NCBI GenBank assembly: GCA_040954595.2
Contig: CM082587.2
Coordinates: forward strand, 775,622-839,621
From: Balanoglossus misakiensis
Taxonomy: Eukaryota > Animalia > Hemichordata
Reading direction: 5' to 3'
Length of the DNA stretch: 64,000 nucleotides
Shown here: positions 1 through 11,800 of the stretch, one piece after another
Layout of the letters: the number at the start of each line of letters is the position of its first letter
Numbering within the stretch: position 1 is the stretch's first letter
The notes under the pieces: model-generated
The model's input: only the letters and a program-made list of their open reading frames with translations
Databases searched by the model: none
What the model was told of the DNA's origin: nothing
Program-made: the position numbers and the translations under genes

Positions 1-165
1 TGCCTATACATCCAACAGATAGTTGGAATAGCTTTACTGGTAATCACAGGTTTGTTGGATGAGTAGAAGTACAACTCTACTAGTACTGGTGGTCCCAATT
101 GGCCTACCAATTCCCAAACATACAGCAAGTACTACACTCGATCTGTCTAAAGCCATGAACCTTAC

Positions 166-1659
166 CCTTGTGTATAGAAAGGATCTATTTGTGCTGGTGA
201 CTTGGTTACATCTAAATGAGAATATGCACCAGTGAAACTGCTACTGGTGCTCGGACTTGTAAATGTTGATGCTGATAAAAAAAAAAACACACAAAGTTTA
301 GTAAAAGCTGCCATGTTGGTTCTGTCAAAAGATGTGTGTAGTTTGACAAATCACAATGTGTGCTTGCAAATTCTCTGACTACATCTAGACTACAGTATGT
401 GCTACGTTTACAGCCAGGATTACCTTGTCTTGACACATTCAACCTTGATGCTGGTGTCTTTCCATGTATACTAGTGGAGAAACCCATGGAACTCAAATCA
501 GACTGGAAAAACAAATGGAAGAGTTGTTATGGTTGGAGCCTACATTAAGAAAGGCTTCACAGAATATCATGACTGTCTGAAGAGGCAATATTTGCCATTT
601 CCCCAAGAAAGATATCAGTGTGTGTGTGATGTACCTGTTTCATTTCACCGCTGGGTTCAAACAGCGCTGCTACTGGTGGAGCTCCTGTTTTGTCTTTGCC
701 AGTGCTTGCCATACCACTTACACTGTGTAGAGAAATAACAGTCAAGATCTGGTCAGCGACAATGACTTCTAGAGCATTCAGGGGATATCTAGGTAAAACC
801 CTATCACATGAATGTTGGGGGGGGGGGGGTGGATAGCACTCTGTGTGCAAAGTTAAATTGGGTTTTGCCTCATCTCAATTTATTAATATTTGTCTAGACT
901 CTGAGATTGTAACTGTTATCATGCACATACATGTACATACCTCACATGTGATCGTGCTTGTGTCCAATCAGCTCGACTGTCTCTAGTAATTGAAGACGAT
1001 GATGATGGTGTCAAAACATGACTTCTAGACTGTGGTGGGCTTGATCCACCGCTGTGAGACCACAGTCTGACAGATGGTGATGACTGAAAACAATTGAGAA
1101 ATCTAGAAATTTACTCTGAATTCGTTGCTATGAGACCAGTATGTAGAGGGCGCTCTCTCGCTCAGAACAGTCACACAACTTTTTTCCAGATTTCTGTTCA
1201 TTTTGCACATGATATACTTACAGCAGGTGAAGACATAGAGGGATCACCCATCAAGTAACCTGGTAAATATTGTTGTTGATGACTACTAGTGCTAGGAGAG
1301 CTAGGTGAGCCCATGGTCATTGGCTCCAAACCACTATGTGAACCTGTGAAAGAAACAACCAGAATCTATGATGATGGTCATCCATAAAAATGCTTCGACT
1401 GTGGTTATTACCAAGTATTGAAAAACAACTAAATCAACACCGTGTGTTCACACATCGTTCTACCAGCCATGGTATTTGTAATGCTCAAAATCGCGTTCAA
1501 TAACCGCGTTCCGGTCATCAGCTGTCGGAACACTGACAGCCAGCATGGACTTCACGACACAGTCGACAAATATATGAACAACGAACGATGGACAGTTTCA
1601 ATCGTTTGATAAACTTTCAGCTTATAAAGCTACCGTTTTCACGTACCTGATATATCCAT
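166..1659 (-). CDS. NUP35: Nucleoporin NUP35/NUP53, 5' part. Six coding exons: 1647-1659, 1222-1343, 941-1083, 635-722, 424-502, 166-271. The gene continues left of the window.
   Basis: GT-AG exons join in frame: MDISGSHSGLEPMTMGSPSSP...QYLPGYLMGD...KDKTGAPPVAALFE...KSPAQIDPFYTQG. These match the NUP35 motifs EPMxLGSP, FLPGFLMGD, KDKSGAPP and SPAQLDPFYTQG. The RRM-like domain would lie beyond position 1. Confidence 0.93.
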
Positions 1660-2209
1660 GTCTAATCTAGATATCGTATTTCAATTGTAATGAAAGCCGA
1701 AACGTCGGCAATCTGGTCTGTCTGCCCGTGTGTACAAGACAAGCACCCGACTGCAGTTCGATTTCAAAAATGGTGGCGAATCTATCCCATGATTCCGTGA
1801 AAACCGAGCTGGCTGGTTATGTCATTTTCTCTCGGGCTCTTCCTTTTACTTTTCATCGTCCCCATTAAAGTTTCTCGACACTCAACTTATTAGTTATATT
1901 CGAAAGAAAATGTGCTAACGCAAATACGATATTCACAGAAATATTACATTTTAGGGGTTTAAAGATATTGTGTTTATGAAAGCTGCTTAAAGTCTTAGGG
2001 AAATACATTTAACCGGCCGGATGTGGGCAGGACTAGGGGTGGCAAACAACATTACTCACAGCCCATCCTTCCTCTCTCACGACCCTGTGCTTCATGCTTC
2101 ATCGTTTCCGCGGACGTTGAGAACGATGTTGATGTAGAGGCGATCGCATGATTTTATTGCAATACTGACATACACATTGGTCTTTATTTGTCAAGAGATC
2201 TTGTTAAAG
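1660..2209. promoter_or_regulatory. Probable bidirectional promoter / first-exon region between NUP35 (-) and RIPOR (+)
   Basis: Relatively CpG-rich stretch directly upstream of the NUP35 ATG, a YY1-like AAAATGGTGGCG near 1767, and a strong plus-strand donor AAAG|GTAAGT at 2209/2210. Confidence 0.45.
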
Positions 2210-2451
2210 GTAAGTCGAATACATCCCAGACAACCATATTTGACAGAAACGGTTTGATTTCCCACGATCACAACGTAAACATCACTCCTCTTTCACTAGA
2301 TTCTAGCATGAGCCTCCTAGCATCGCAGTGTACCTCGGCCAGGCCCCATATATACTCTATCCAAAATCTAAACATTGTGGAGAGAACCAAGGTTTGCACC
2401 GATTTGGACCGTCTTTCAGCATTTAGGTCGTGTTTTGTGCGGACAGTCATG

Positions 2452-2465
2452 GTAACCATAGTAAC
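2452..2465. promoter_or_regulatory. RFX X-box motif
   Basis: GTAACCATAGTAAC fits the GTHNYY-AT-RRNAAC consensus exactly, about 240 bp past the putative RIPOR first-exon donor. Confidence 0.4.
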
Positions 2466-5400
2466 CGGAGACGCGTTGTTTACATCAATGTTCATTTCGT
2501 GCGTTTTGTACGCTGGGGTTGATCGCTTTTCGATATCGACAATCACAACAACATAAACGTCATCGCTCAGTAAATCCATGACAGTCACAAATGACATACA
2601 AGAGTGATTATCTTACCCGTTGCTGAGCTAGGTCATTGCGGTCTACAACGCACCTGCTTTTCTGAAAAGCAGACCGCAAAAACCGCGAAATACTATTACT
2701 GTCATTTTGAAATGAACAGAAAAAGGAAAAACGACTGTGTTGGTATGCAAATATATTGTTAGAGGAAGTGAAATAACCAGAATCCCTAAAAGAAGCCATC
2801 GATTTCCTGTGGCCTGCATCTGTGATGCAGAAGTGCATGTATGAGGTTTTAAATTAAAGATGTAGTTGGCACGATAAACAAGATGTAATATCCTGAGCAC
2901 AAATAACAATCTACAATTACTGACAAACAAACAATAATGTCAAGGTTACGTGAAAACTGTTTTGGTACTTGTGAGTGTATGCTTGAAGTGGTGCTTATTT
3001 TCCATATTTTGATATTCAGCATAAAATGACGTGAACTTGTGACCGGGAACTGAAACTTAATAAAATAGTAACATGCATGCATAGGACAATATCGATACTT
3101 GTGAGAAAATACTTTAACAGAGACATGCATGTTATTCATTTGTAGAGATCTATGTGTATTTGTTCTATCATTCAAAGTTTTGCACTTAATATTTTGAACA
3201 AAGAACAGAATCCCAACTCTCGTAGGCTCCAGAACTGATATATTCAAAGTGTGTAAGCTGATACAGCAGAGATTTCATTTCCTGTTTCTTGGTCTGGTTC
3301 CTTTCCCCTAAACATGGCCACTCCACACAGACTGTGCCCTAAGCAAATGGTCAGTTACCTTATCCCTATCCCTTTCCCTAACTCTGACTGTTTGATTAGA
3401 AATGTCCGGGTGCTTAAATGCCCAGGGGGTACATCCTGATACCCAGGTTGCTGTAGAATATGGAGGCCAACAAGAACTTCACCTTGACCTGGTCCATAGA
3501 CGTGTTTTTATACCAGATATTCTACCTACAATGAAAATTAGAATCTTTTGTGGCCATGTGAAGTTAGACTTCATAGGTCATGATTTGGAAAGATTTATAA
3601 TGTCAGCTTAAACAGTTGTAACCTTCTGACATTTGTCTGGGTTTTTATTTCTCCACACACTCTGTCAATCATGAATGAGCAGCGTCCAGATATATACTTT
3701 GTGAAGTCAATTGGAGTCACAATTGTGGTGATTACAAATACTATTTCAGATGAATAAGTGGAAAACACTTTAAAGCAATAGAATGTTGACAGATGACTTT
3801 GATTTGTTGCTGCAGTAGTTTTAGCAGACTGTTGCATGTTGATACTGGAAATACAGCGTGTTCACATTGTAAAAATACTCATTTATACACAAAAGCTTTG
3901 ATTTATGGTCTTGCCTAAACAGTGAGGCGGTTCAAGGGCTACGAAAAAGGAAAGTTTACATTTGTGTAATTATAGAGTGTACATGTGTACCTTGAGTGTG
4001 AATGAAGCCACAAACATACATGTATAGAAGTTTTCCGTTTACTATGACATGAATTTATTCTGCAGAGCACTACTGATAAGCCCTCTTCTATATGACAAAG
4101 AAACCATACATACATGCATGTTTCACAAATTCCAAACAACGCAAAGTATTTCATGAATTAAAACCAAGATAGTATCAGCCAATAACTGATACATGGATCT
4201 TGTAATCTAACTAACAACATCCCATGCAGGCATGCATGTTGAAACTGAATTTAGATTGCAATGTATAAGCAAAGTGATAAATTACAACATAGCAATATAT
4301 AGCATGTGACTTGTTCATTACATTGAAACGTTCATTTGTGTATGAAACCCCTGGAATGATGGCATCTTGTTTGTAAACAGAGAATGACTCCATGTCCTTT
4401 GGCATTTGCATTTTAATCTGGTCTGGAAACAACTCTCAAGTAATGGTATCTTGTTTGATGATGAAAGTAGATGCATGTTCTAATTTAACACACTCTGATA
4501 ATTTGACATTTCTTGTCTATTTTCAGTTTTAATGCATCCTGTGTTGCTGCTGTCAACGCAAATACAACCAACAAGTCTTAGAATCTCTAACTTTCATATT
4601 ATCTTTCTTTTTTCACACATTGTCATCCCATCCTGTTCCAGGCTTCAAAATGTAAGTCCATGAGAATAAATTTCCTCTGCATAAATAATTCTATTTCTGT
4701 ACATATTAAATGTTGTAAAAGATGTCATTGGCACTAATGATATTAACATGCATGATATGTTTGTCCTGATGTGGTTGTTTTTATTTTGTGAAATCACAGA
4801 GTGTATAGTGTCAAATAATCACATATAAAATTAGAGGAACTTCAGCAACTTGATGTACATGTGTGATTGCCAAAAGCCATTCTGTAAAACATTGAAAGAA
4901 GAATTAACGATTAAACCAATACTATCTCTTTTGCGTCCATACAGATGTGGAAATGCAACTTGCACGGTTGATGTGAACATGTTCAATCACTGACCACATA
5001 TTGTCAAGTGCATTGATTTGTAGTGATGTCATGTATATGTAGTAATGAGTAATGTCTGTCTGTCTCCCCAGACTCCACACAGTGCATTGTGGGTCATACA
5101 GGGGTCACCACCAGAAACTGAATATATCCCCACACTGCATTGAGTCAGCCTGGTTTTGCTTGGCTTAATGAGACGTGTAATTACTTTAACCCTTCACCCC
5201 TATATCCCGGTGTGAAGGTCCAGTTTCACCTATGAAAACAACTGGAATGATCCAACATGTACAAATTAAGGGGTTATCAGTTTTTGCACATGATAAATTT
5301 CCTGTCAAAAATGCAGCTAATGATGTAGATATTTCAGAAAATAGAACAGTAGAACAATGTTCAGCTAATTCTTGAAGTGGAACACAAAATAAAATTTATA

Positions 5401-5844
5401 CTGAATGATCCAGGCATATATTTAGTCAGTAGAATTCCTGTAGCTTATAATCAACCAATTTCCACAATTGTAGACATTGATATATGCAAGAGAGTTTTGG
5501 AATGTCTCCCTGCCTAACATTACAAATGTACATTATTTGTTGTTGAAGAAGCAATGACCTGGCTGATTTGACAGAAAGTGAACTTCTGGAATTTAAAGTG
5601 ACATTGATACAAACAAAGGAACATGTGTTACAAATGAAGGAAGAGAAAATTTGATATCCTTGTACACACATGTATTTGGTTTTGTTGCTGTCAGCTGACT
5701 TTTTCATGGCCTGGTACTTGTATGTATATGCAGAGCTCTCCAGTGATTAGTCGAGTGTGCCAAGTCAAACCACAGAATAATTGAGTTTGGTTTTATTTTC
5801 AAATGCAAGGACTACCACAGGGAAACGCATCCACTTAGATCACC

Positions 5845-8800
5845 ATGGAAACGTGGCAACCCAGACCGAGGAGTAATACTTTTGCTGGATTTAAGAGAAA
5901 ATACATGCCTCCAGGTAGTGCTCAGAAGGTGAGATTGGTTTTTAGATTTGTGCAATTTAGGGTTTAGACACTCATGGAGATGGAGAAAAAACAAACAAAT
6001 TTACTCTGGGAGTTCATTTAAACATATGACCTCTGTCTCAAAACACATGGTAGACATCTTCTAGGTGACCAAACAACTCTGGAACAACTTAACCAGGGCA
6101 AATCCATCAGGCTGGGAGTTACAATGCGAAACAGAAATTCAAATCTTACTCGTAAACGACCACTCGGTGCAAAGTTTGAAGTGGGAGCGAGCATTCATTG
6201 CTTTAAGGTTATTGACACATGACAAAAATAAGTATCGATGAAAAACAGAACAAAAGATCACTAAGGATCCTCTTTTATTAAACTGTCCCATATTTACAGA
6301 AACTGTGTCCCGATAGTTAAAGCATTGTTTGATTAATTTTGACAGGGAAAAAAATGTGTACAAAATAAATTTGAATGTGTGTTATAGGGTAAAAATTAAA
6401 AAATAAATTATGAAAACTGTGAGATGCGAGGAAGTGAGGTCCACAGGAAGTGAACCACTCCATATCAAGAACACACCAAACTTGAATGACAATAAAATGA
6501 GTCTCGTTTCAGGAAACCAAACCACCCGGAAGTCCCAGTCTATCCCGCAGACCCAGCACTAAAGTCAGGAGAATGTTCAGTTTCAATAGAGTGCTCAGAA
6601 TGCCAAAAGCTCCCAGACCCACCAGGACGGCGCTGATATTCGAGTGTTTAAAGAAAGGAATCAGGTTTGTTTGAATTTCGTTGATTCTTTCTGTTGGTAG
6701 TTATGATATCTCAGGCTTGTTTATTTTTCATTGATTTCTTTCTATCAATTCCAAGCATAACGAGTTGACTACTTTTTGCTGCTTTTGACGGTTTTGAGGT
6801 CATATTTCTTGAATGACTGATGTAGTCATATTCATTTGCAGGAAGAAGTGTTAAGTGAGATAACATATACTGTTTACAGTCTTTGTTGTTTGTGGATATA
6901 GGGACAGATACTGTAGTCACACAAAGAAACCAACCATGAACATTTGAACCACAGTCAGCCATAGGAATGGAAATATCGGTCTGTTTTAGGGCTTATCAAA
7001 CTCAAATGTTCGCAGGTATTAAAGAAGTTTAGCAAAATGGCATTATTCAAACCATTGCAACTCTTGAATTGTTCTTTTTTTTGCAGGGAGCAGATCCACA
7101 GAAGACAGAATGAACTCGATGACATGAGGTCACATCAACCTGGAACGCTGAAATCTGTCAAATCAAGGACGGTAAGAAACCAGTCACATTGACTTTGAAT
7201 GATGTCACATACAATCCTTCATGAATATGAAAATCAAAGTGTTTAGTAAATACAGATTTGCAATATAAGATGTTCTGACCACAGTATTGTCTGTCTTTAA
7301 TTTCAGGGTTATCACTATGATCTAGTCAAGGTAAGTTACACATGCAAGCCATTTATACATCGTAGAACTCACAAGTGAACTACAGTATTTCTGTCAGTGA
7401 ATGTGCAGAATGAAAACTCTGAAAACCAGTTTGCAAAAGACGGCAGACATAACTGTTGGACCCTACTCGATATGTTTGACATATATTTGCAAACCAAGAG
7501 TCCAACTTTACAGCAGTACAATAGATTTCAATCAAATTTATTTTCAAAAAAAGATGGCAATACCATTTTTCACATTCATGTTTTATTTAGCTGGCATCAG
7601 ATCACATTGCACCATTTAGCTTCTATTCGTCCTTGCAGACATTGACCACCTGCTGTTCAGTTTTGTCCATTTCTTTCACCAACATTCTGTGGTTTGACCG
7701 CTTGTGTTCTCGTGGTCAACCATCGATATTAAGAGGTGAAAGTGTGTGACATATGTATAGTTGTTTGCAAAGCTAGTTGTACACTGTTGATATACCACTA
7801 ACATTTCACTCGCTATGATGGTTGTACAGGTATTGGTGTTGTGGTCTGTTGCATTGAACACAGGGATCATATGCTATTCTGGAATTGTAAATTACTATTT
7901 GGACAATCATGAATAAAGGACTTTGATATTTACTCATGGAAACCTTACATTTGAACCACTATCTCATGAAATGTAACAAATCATTTCCAGAAGTAGAAGA
8001 TTTTACACCAAATGATAGAGTAGAAATTTTGAGTTGAATGCATTGAACCCCTGTATTAAATCTGCTACAACCCGAACGTGTACAACCGAACGTGTGCTGT
8101 GTCTCTCATTACAACTTTGTGTTGTCCTCTATCTCTCCCTCTTCAAATGATAGCAAGTCAAGAACACTGAACGCTTCATAAGGTATGTTGGTGATGGTGG
8201 GGGTTATAGGGGTCGAGGGTCACTATCATTCTCAGCTATACCGTAGTCATAGTAAACGTCTTTCACTGCTGTCTCTTTCTTTACACATAAGCTCAATGCT
8301 CATGCATCACCTTTAATGCATTTCATTCATGTTAACAGTAAAGAGATGATAGTTATAACTTGGTTCTGTTTCTTTTTCAGTATTTTGCCATGTGTAGAAA
8401 CACAATAAGTTCATTCACTAACTGAAACATATTTGATAATTCTGTATTCAAATAATGTCCACATATGATAAGATAGAATCCCCCCCCCCCTCTTGATTTG
8501 TGGCTGAGTGCATGTTCAAATATGAAACTTGAGAACAGATATAAATATGACATCACTGCTGTTGGCTTGAAATCAACCACAGTGATCCTCTCTTGGTTGA
8601 TTTAAGAGCACAGTTGTAAACACAAAGGAGGTGTCGTGCTGTTGCATTCAAGAAAATAAAAACAATGGAATTTCAAAGAGAACGTATTATTAGATGTCAT
8701 TGTTGAATATGCATGCTTCATCTGTAATAAAACATTATGATCCCATCAGTAATAATTGCATGGTATTCTCACGGATCTACTAAAAAGTGCATGTTCAAAT

Positions 8801-11800
8801 TGTAGTTTCCTTTTCAAATGTCATGTAATAAATATTTTGTTTTATTTTGAATTTAGAAAATTAGAGTTCCATCTCTCCAAGATTGATGAGCTTCAAGATA
8901 ACTACAACATCCAGCAAAGGATAAGGGAAGGTGTGTAGACACAATTTAAACTCAGTAACAGAGTATGTTGAATGAAGGCAAGGAGACTGAAAAGTATGTA
9001 CCATGTATGTATAGATAGAGTGATCATATGAGTAAGATTTGTTGTTTCAAAATGTGACTTTTGTCGCTTCAAGGTGCCAAGAACATCATGAAAGCATATG
9101 AAGACAGTAACACACAGAATTATCGGGAACCTGTTCATGAAGCCAAGACTGGATACAAAGACTGTACGCAGGTGAGTTAGTTTTGTAGTTGTAGTCGGGC
9201 TTCTTATATACAGATAGTATGGATGAAGTTAAAGCTGCTATGCATGCTGGCAGTCTGTTCGAGGTCACTCAGATCCTTGTGGCCCTCATCTAGTATATGA
9301 TGCATTTGGTGGTTAGTTATATTTTTTGAAGCCATTACACCAAGATTACTCTTCAGGAAAAAAAGTGAATAATAAGACAATTTTAATGTTATGTGTGGAT
9401 TTCAAATTGACAGGCAATGTGTTACATGGAAGGAGAGTTAGAATCATTACTGGGATGTTTTCATCTGGAAGTACAAGGTAAACAATATTTTGAAATTATT
9501 ACCTATGCAAAGTCTGGACTATCACAGTGTGTCATGAAAGCAATGTGTTGTTGACTGGATCATTGTAGGAACCACTCGAAGCATATCTCACATCTTTTGG
9601 TCCAAAACACTATTTTGGAAATCCCCTAAATAAACAGATGCACATGTACACACTAGATTGGCGTGACATTTTTACGTTTTATTTCTTCGCAGGTATTGCT
9701 GGGTTTGCCAGGTTGTGTACAGGCGACATATTTGAGGTGTGTTATTACAAGTTTCATAATATTGTAAGAACATCTGCTGGGTATGATGAAATTTCACGTG
9801 CGACATCAGTACTTGATATTCTACGCTTCCTAGGTCAGCTAAGTCAAGGGGCAGTTTGAATGATTCACTCCTCAAAAGTCACGAGGATCAACGATTCTTG
9901 CATGAAGGGGCGAGAACCTGGCCAGCGCCCTCAGGAGACAACTCTGGGTTTATTTCGACCAAAAAATGTGTGCACTTTTAAGATTAATACACACAGTACA
10001 CACAGATCTATATCTTTGTATTAAATCAATTCCTTTGGATTTTAAGTTATGTGTACATCAACTGTTGTTCTCTGAAGTATTTGGAACTTTTTTTAACTTG
10101 TAGGTATTACTGAGACATGGTGGACAGAAATGGAAGTTTAAAGGCAGAGTTGAGAAAGACTCGGAACAAACCTGGGAAAATAAAACCATGTTACTGTATC
10201 CTGTTATTGAGGATAGCATTAGTATCAAAGTAAGTGTGACAAGAAAGTATCAAAACTGTTTGTGCACGTACACATGCATGTGAGTGTATGTGTTTGTGTG
10301 TAAATGACATCATATGAAACATAACATGTACATTAACATCTACAATCTCCAATGCAATGCAATGAAAAGGAAATGTGTAATTAGTGTATAACTTGGACTT
10401 TATCTGCCATTTTGCTAAGTCTACTTCAAAACTATTCTCTTTTCTTTTATTAGGTTACCGAGCTGAAAGGGTTAGGGCGACCAAACCTAGTCCTTGGCAA
10501 CATGGAGTGTGACCCTACACAGTTTTATAGAGCAGAACCACAGGTATACATTTCAATCTTTTCTGATCAATTGTGTCTGTAAATGTGAGTCTCTTCTTGG
10601 TCTTTGTCATACAACTTTCTATTTAATTTATCTTTTTGTATTTCAGATTTTGACTGTGAATATCAATGATGCTGGCACATTGAAACTCAACTTAAAAGTA
10701 GCGTGGAGGTAAGAGACTCTAACAATGTCAACAAAAGATCAAAGTTTGCTGGTCATCATCACTGTGAAGACAGTCTGTTCTGTCATCTTTTTATCAACTA
10801 TTGAGACCTTTTATGTTCCAATGTTTTCCAATTTCTTTATTTGTTTCAGTCCGTTCCAGTTAGAAGATGAACCAAGTGTATCACTTGGAACAATTAATGA
10901 GAACACCTTAAGATCACAAGATAAAACTAGAGATAGCTTTGAAAATCTTGTCAACAAAGTAAGTGTACAGATTTATTAGTGAACACATTGTTTACAGAGT
11001 CTCTCCAGTAATGCTAAATAGTGTAACAATCCACCATGATATAGTGTGTGTATTTGTAACCACATCATTATTTTGTCTTTTGTTTCCAACAGGGTGGCAA
11101 GGCAGATGAATCGGCCAGTGGTATGATGGACAGGTCACATGACAATCACATGACCAGTGAGCAAACATTGTACACAGCCCTACACAGTCTCCATTCCACA
11201 ATAGATAATCTGAAAGGTGCTTATGCAGAAGTAGATAAATTAGAAGAAATTATTCACAAGATCAAAAACTTGTGTTTGGTAAGTTTTGTATGTGCTTAAA
11301 GTGGTGCTGAACAGATACCATCATAGCTCGAATTGCTGTCAGGATTTCAAGTATTCCAACATTCCCTTTTCTGTCAAGATTATCTTCACAGCAGTGAATA
11401 TACCGTACTCATTGCAAACTTGCTTTACTTTGTTATTTTGATGAACTTTATTTTTGTTCACAGAGAAAACCCACCTGTAAACATGAAGATGGTCCGGAAA
11501 AAGAAGTCTGTGTTTCTGTCGAAAATGCTTTAAAAAGTTTTGATTTTCTGAACACTCTGGAAGATGAAAGTGCATTACATCAAACAAGTGGCATGAGGAT
11601 AGAAGAGATGTCGGTGACGTCAGATTATTTAGAGGAGAAAAATGAGAAACTGGAAGAAAATTTCGAAAAAGTGAATGGTTTAGAGAGTGAAGAATGTAAC
11701 ATGGAGATGTAAGTTGTCATATCTGAACTCTTGTGTAAACTGAACAGTGTGGTGTCTGCGAAAGATTTGAGTGTTGTATGATTTCCATGTCAGAGAGGTT

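Noticed and set aside
212-850. Track ORFs 212-514 and 557-850 as standalone genes
   Set aside because: They are NUP35 exons read through into introns.
1138-1156. CTCF sites (AGAGGGCGCT here; similar near 9921, 30946, 46005, 52799)
   Set aside because: Only half of the consensus matches; not supportable without ChIP or matrix scoring.
2188-3247. Overlapping 76-132 aa ORFs on both strands
   Set aside because: No recognisable motifs or consistent splice structure; they probably lie in the RIPOR first intron.
5186-5276. TTAACCCTTC...AAGGGGTTA mini piggyBac-like MITE
   Set aside because: The terminal repeats are short and imperfect, and the right-hand TTAA is missing; this cannot be supported without a repeat library.
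9780-9900. Intronic C/D snoRNA suggested by ATGATGA
   Set aside because: No suitably placed CTGA D box or terminal stem.
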